Below are positions 62,418-64,000 of a stretch of 64,000 bases of DNA, in pieces (the stretch's first letter is position 1; each line of letters opens with the position of its first letter). The stretch is from Candidatus Latescibacterota bacterium (GTDB lineage Bacteria; Latescibacterota; CBDEFO01): assembly GCA_965237525.1 (NCBI GenBank), contig CBDEFO010000008.1:96001-160000 (forward strand), given 5' to 3'. Made by a program: the position numbers and the translations under genes. Under the pieces are notes generated by a model that searched no databases, had not been told where the DNA came from, and saw only the letters and a program-made list of their open reading frames with translations.

Positions 62418-63437
62418 TCAAGGCATAGGTATCACGTCTTTCCAGAAGTCGACTAATACGGCCTCCGCAGGCTCGCCCTTAGGGGAGTAGTCAAGATCGA
62501 CCCAGTTCCACCAGAAGATTCCTTCGAGCCAGGCACTCGCAGAAAGCACTGATAGAGCGGCTCTGTAGGAGTCGGCCTACTCCTGAAGGTCTTCTTTGGC
62601 CCCTTCAGGAACGGTCCACGGCTCAACGCTGGTTCCGTCCCAGACAGAATAGCCGATCTCCGTTACGACAACTTTTCTTCCGACTGACGCCTGCCAAACC
62701 GCTATGCTATCTGCCCACCTTTCCCATCCATCCATTATCTCCCCGAAAGGGGCGTCTGCTCTTTCTGTCAGTGGGAAGTAAGCGTTGATCCCCGCGTAGT
62801 CTAATTCGTCCCAGAACTCTATCTTTTGATACTCGTCGAAGTTGGCGGCATACGTCAAATCGCCCCTGAAATGTCCCCTCACATCCCTTGAAATCCCTCT
62901 CCAGTGTGAGGCAAATGCGCTCATCCCCACAAACTCTGTGCCGATGCAGAACTGTTCCACGTTATGCTCTGACGCAATCTTTGCGTAGTGCGAGATGAAT
63001 TCCTTGTAGCTCGAAAACCATCTTTCTATATCCTGGGACTCCCGGAGTGCAATGTGTCCCCTCCACGTCCCGTCCAGGACGTCCACATGGGGTTTCAGCA
63101 TGACCTTTAAGCCGATCTGGTGAGCCAAGTCAATTGTTTCCTGCAGGAAGTCGTCGGCGATGGTCTTTCTGCTGTCTTTGTGTATGCGACTCGAGTTCGG
63201 AGTGTTTTGATACCATGTGGCGGTTAGAGAGACCCAGTTTGCTCCGGTGGAGGCAATCTCATTTAAAACTCCTTCTGCGCTTTCGCCCGTAAGGCAGTAG
63301 TACTCCCAGCAGGCGAAAGACACGCCCCTTTGATAGCCATTATATCTAATAGGATCGGACGGACCTGTGGCATCGGAACAGTTGAAAAGATAGGGCTGAA
63401 GTAAAGATAGGAGCAGAATCGCTGCGTTTCGATTCAA
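62418..63437 (-). pseudogene. GH113-like glycoside hydrolase lipoprotein with an in-frame TAG
   Basis: VMLKPHV, WRG, IGTE, YAANFDE, INAYFPL, TEIGY; after TAG 62577-62579 the frame continues ADSYRAAL...GIFWWNW...SPKGEPAE to TGA at 62418. Confidence 0.82.
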
Positions 63438-63504
63438 TTGCGCACGTCTCCTGAATGTCGTCTTTGAAGATTTTGTGCAGTGTACATTTCTGATGCGGGC
63501 CAGT

Positions 63505-64000
63505 TTATTGATCCTCCAACCTGTTAAGATAATCTATGACTTCAGCAATATCCACCACATCGCCAAACTTGGCGTCTATATCAAAGAGGTTCCACTCGTG
63601 AGCCTCTGCAGCTCGGTCCTGGACGCATTGCCGTGGGACGACGGGCCTAAATCTGTAAGAGCGTGCGTCCACTACCGTTGCCCTTACACACGCGCTGGTA
63701 GAACACCCGGTAGTAATCAGCGTGTCCACACCGCGCTCAATCAGATACGGAGCCAGATGCGTGCCAAAGAAGGCGCTGGAATATTCCTTGTAGATGATGA
63801 GATCCTCTTTTTTAGGCTTTAGGCGCGCGTCGATCTGGCAGGCGCGTCCATCCCAGGGCCGATACCTGATGTCAGCCCCAGGCTGTGTATGCATCGGCCC
63901 TGCTGTTCCCTCGCGGAACGGTGCAGTAGTGTAAATGATAGGCACGTTCTTTGCGCGGCAAACCGGCAACAGCCGCTGGATACCCTCCACTGCCTCATCC
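63505..64000 (-). CDS. Isochorismatase family amidohydrolase (5' part outside window)
   Basis: PIIYT, KEYSSAFFGT, TGCSTSACVRATVVDA. Confidence 0.9.
   Translation of the reverse strand, partial: DEAVEGIQRLLPVCRAKNVPIIYTTAPFREGTAGPMHTQPGADIRYRPWDGRACQIDARLKPKKEDLIIYKEYSSAFFGTHLAPYLIERGVDTLITTGCSTSACVRATVVDARSYRFRPVVPRQCVQDRAAEAHEWNLFDIDAKFGDVVDIAEVIDYLNRLEDQ

Noticed and set aside
32620..62579. Amber (TAG) recoding or pyrrolysine readthrough in capA and GH113
   Set aside because: TAG ends many intact genes here (ftsH, pspA, rrf2, oppF), the implied residues differ between sites, and no pyl genes are visible; point mutation is simpler.
1..64000. Retron, DGR, group II intron or prophage
   Set aside because: No reverse transcriptase motif, template/variable repeat pair, intron domain V or phage structural gene was seen.

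Overview
Bacterial chromosomal window from a probably diderm, FCB-group-like organism (inference from the Omp85-type barrel and cohesin/dockerin proteins). Backbone segments (1-22 kb and 50-64 kb) carry ftsH, folP, comM, mscS-like, a K+ channel, manA, a peptidase/propeller/Omp85 protein, oppCDF, UDG, hydantoinase AB, methyltransferases, Rrf2, AKR and GH113. They flank a decaying accessory region (about 22-50 kb) with catabolic genes, a DUF3160-CapA operon, pspA, a tRNA-Arg(CCG) att remnant, a broken large serine recombinase and a cohesin-dockerin protein. There are four near-identical 1521-bp IS1182-like elements, two of which interrupt genes, plus one IS481-like transposase and two IS3-like remnants. 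Many genes carry single stop or frameshift lesions or survive only as stubs. The most unusual signal is a 21-nt palindrome (CCCCGATTGA(A/T)TCTATCGGGG) in at least 14 copies. It appears to insert into genes and other repeats, and it sits at the junction of an apparent hydantoinase-methyltransferase fusion. A roughly 420-nt hairpin-rich non-coding region upstream of a variant UDG is a candidate ncRNA. All family assignments come from motif recognition by eye, not database searches.
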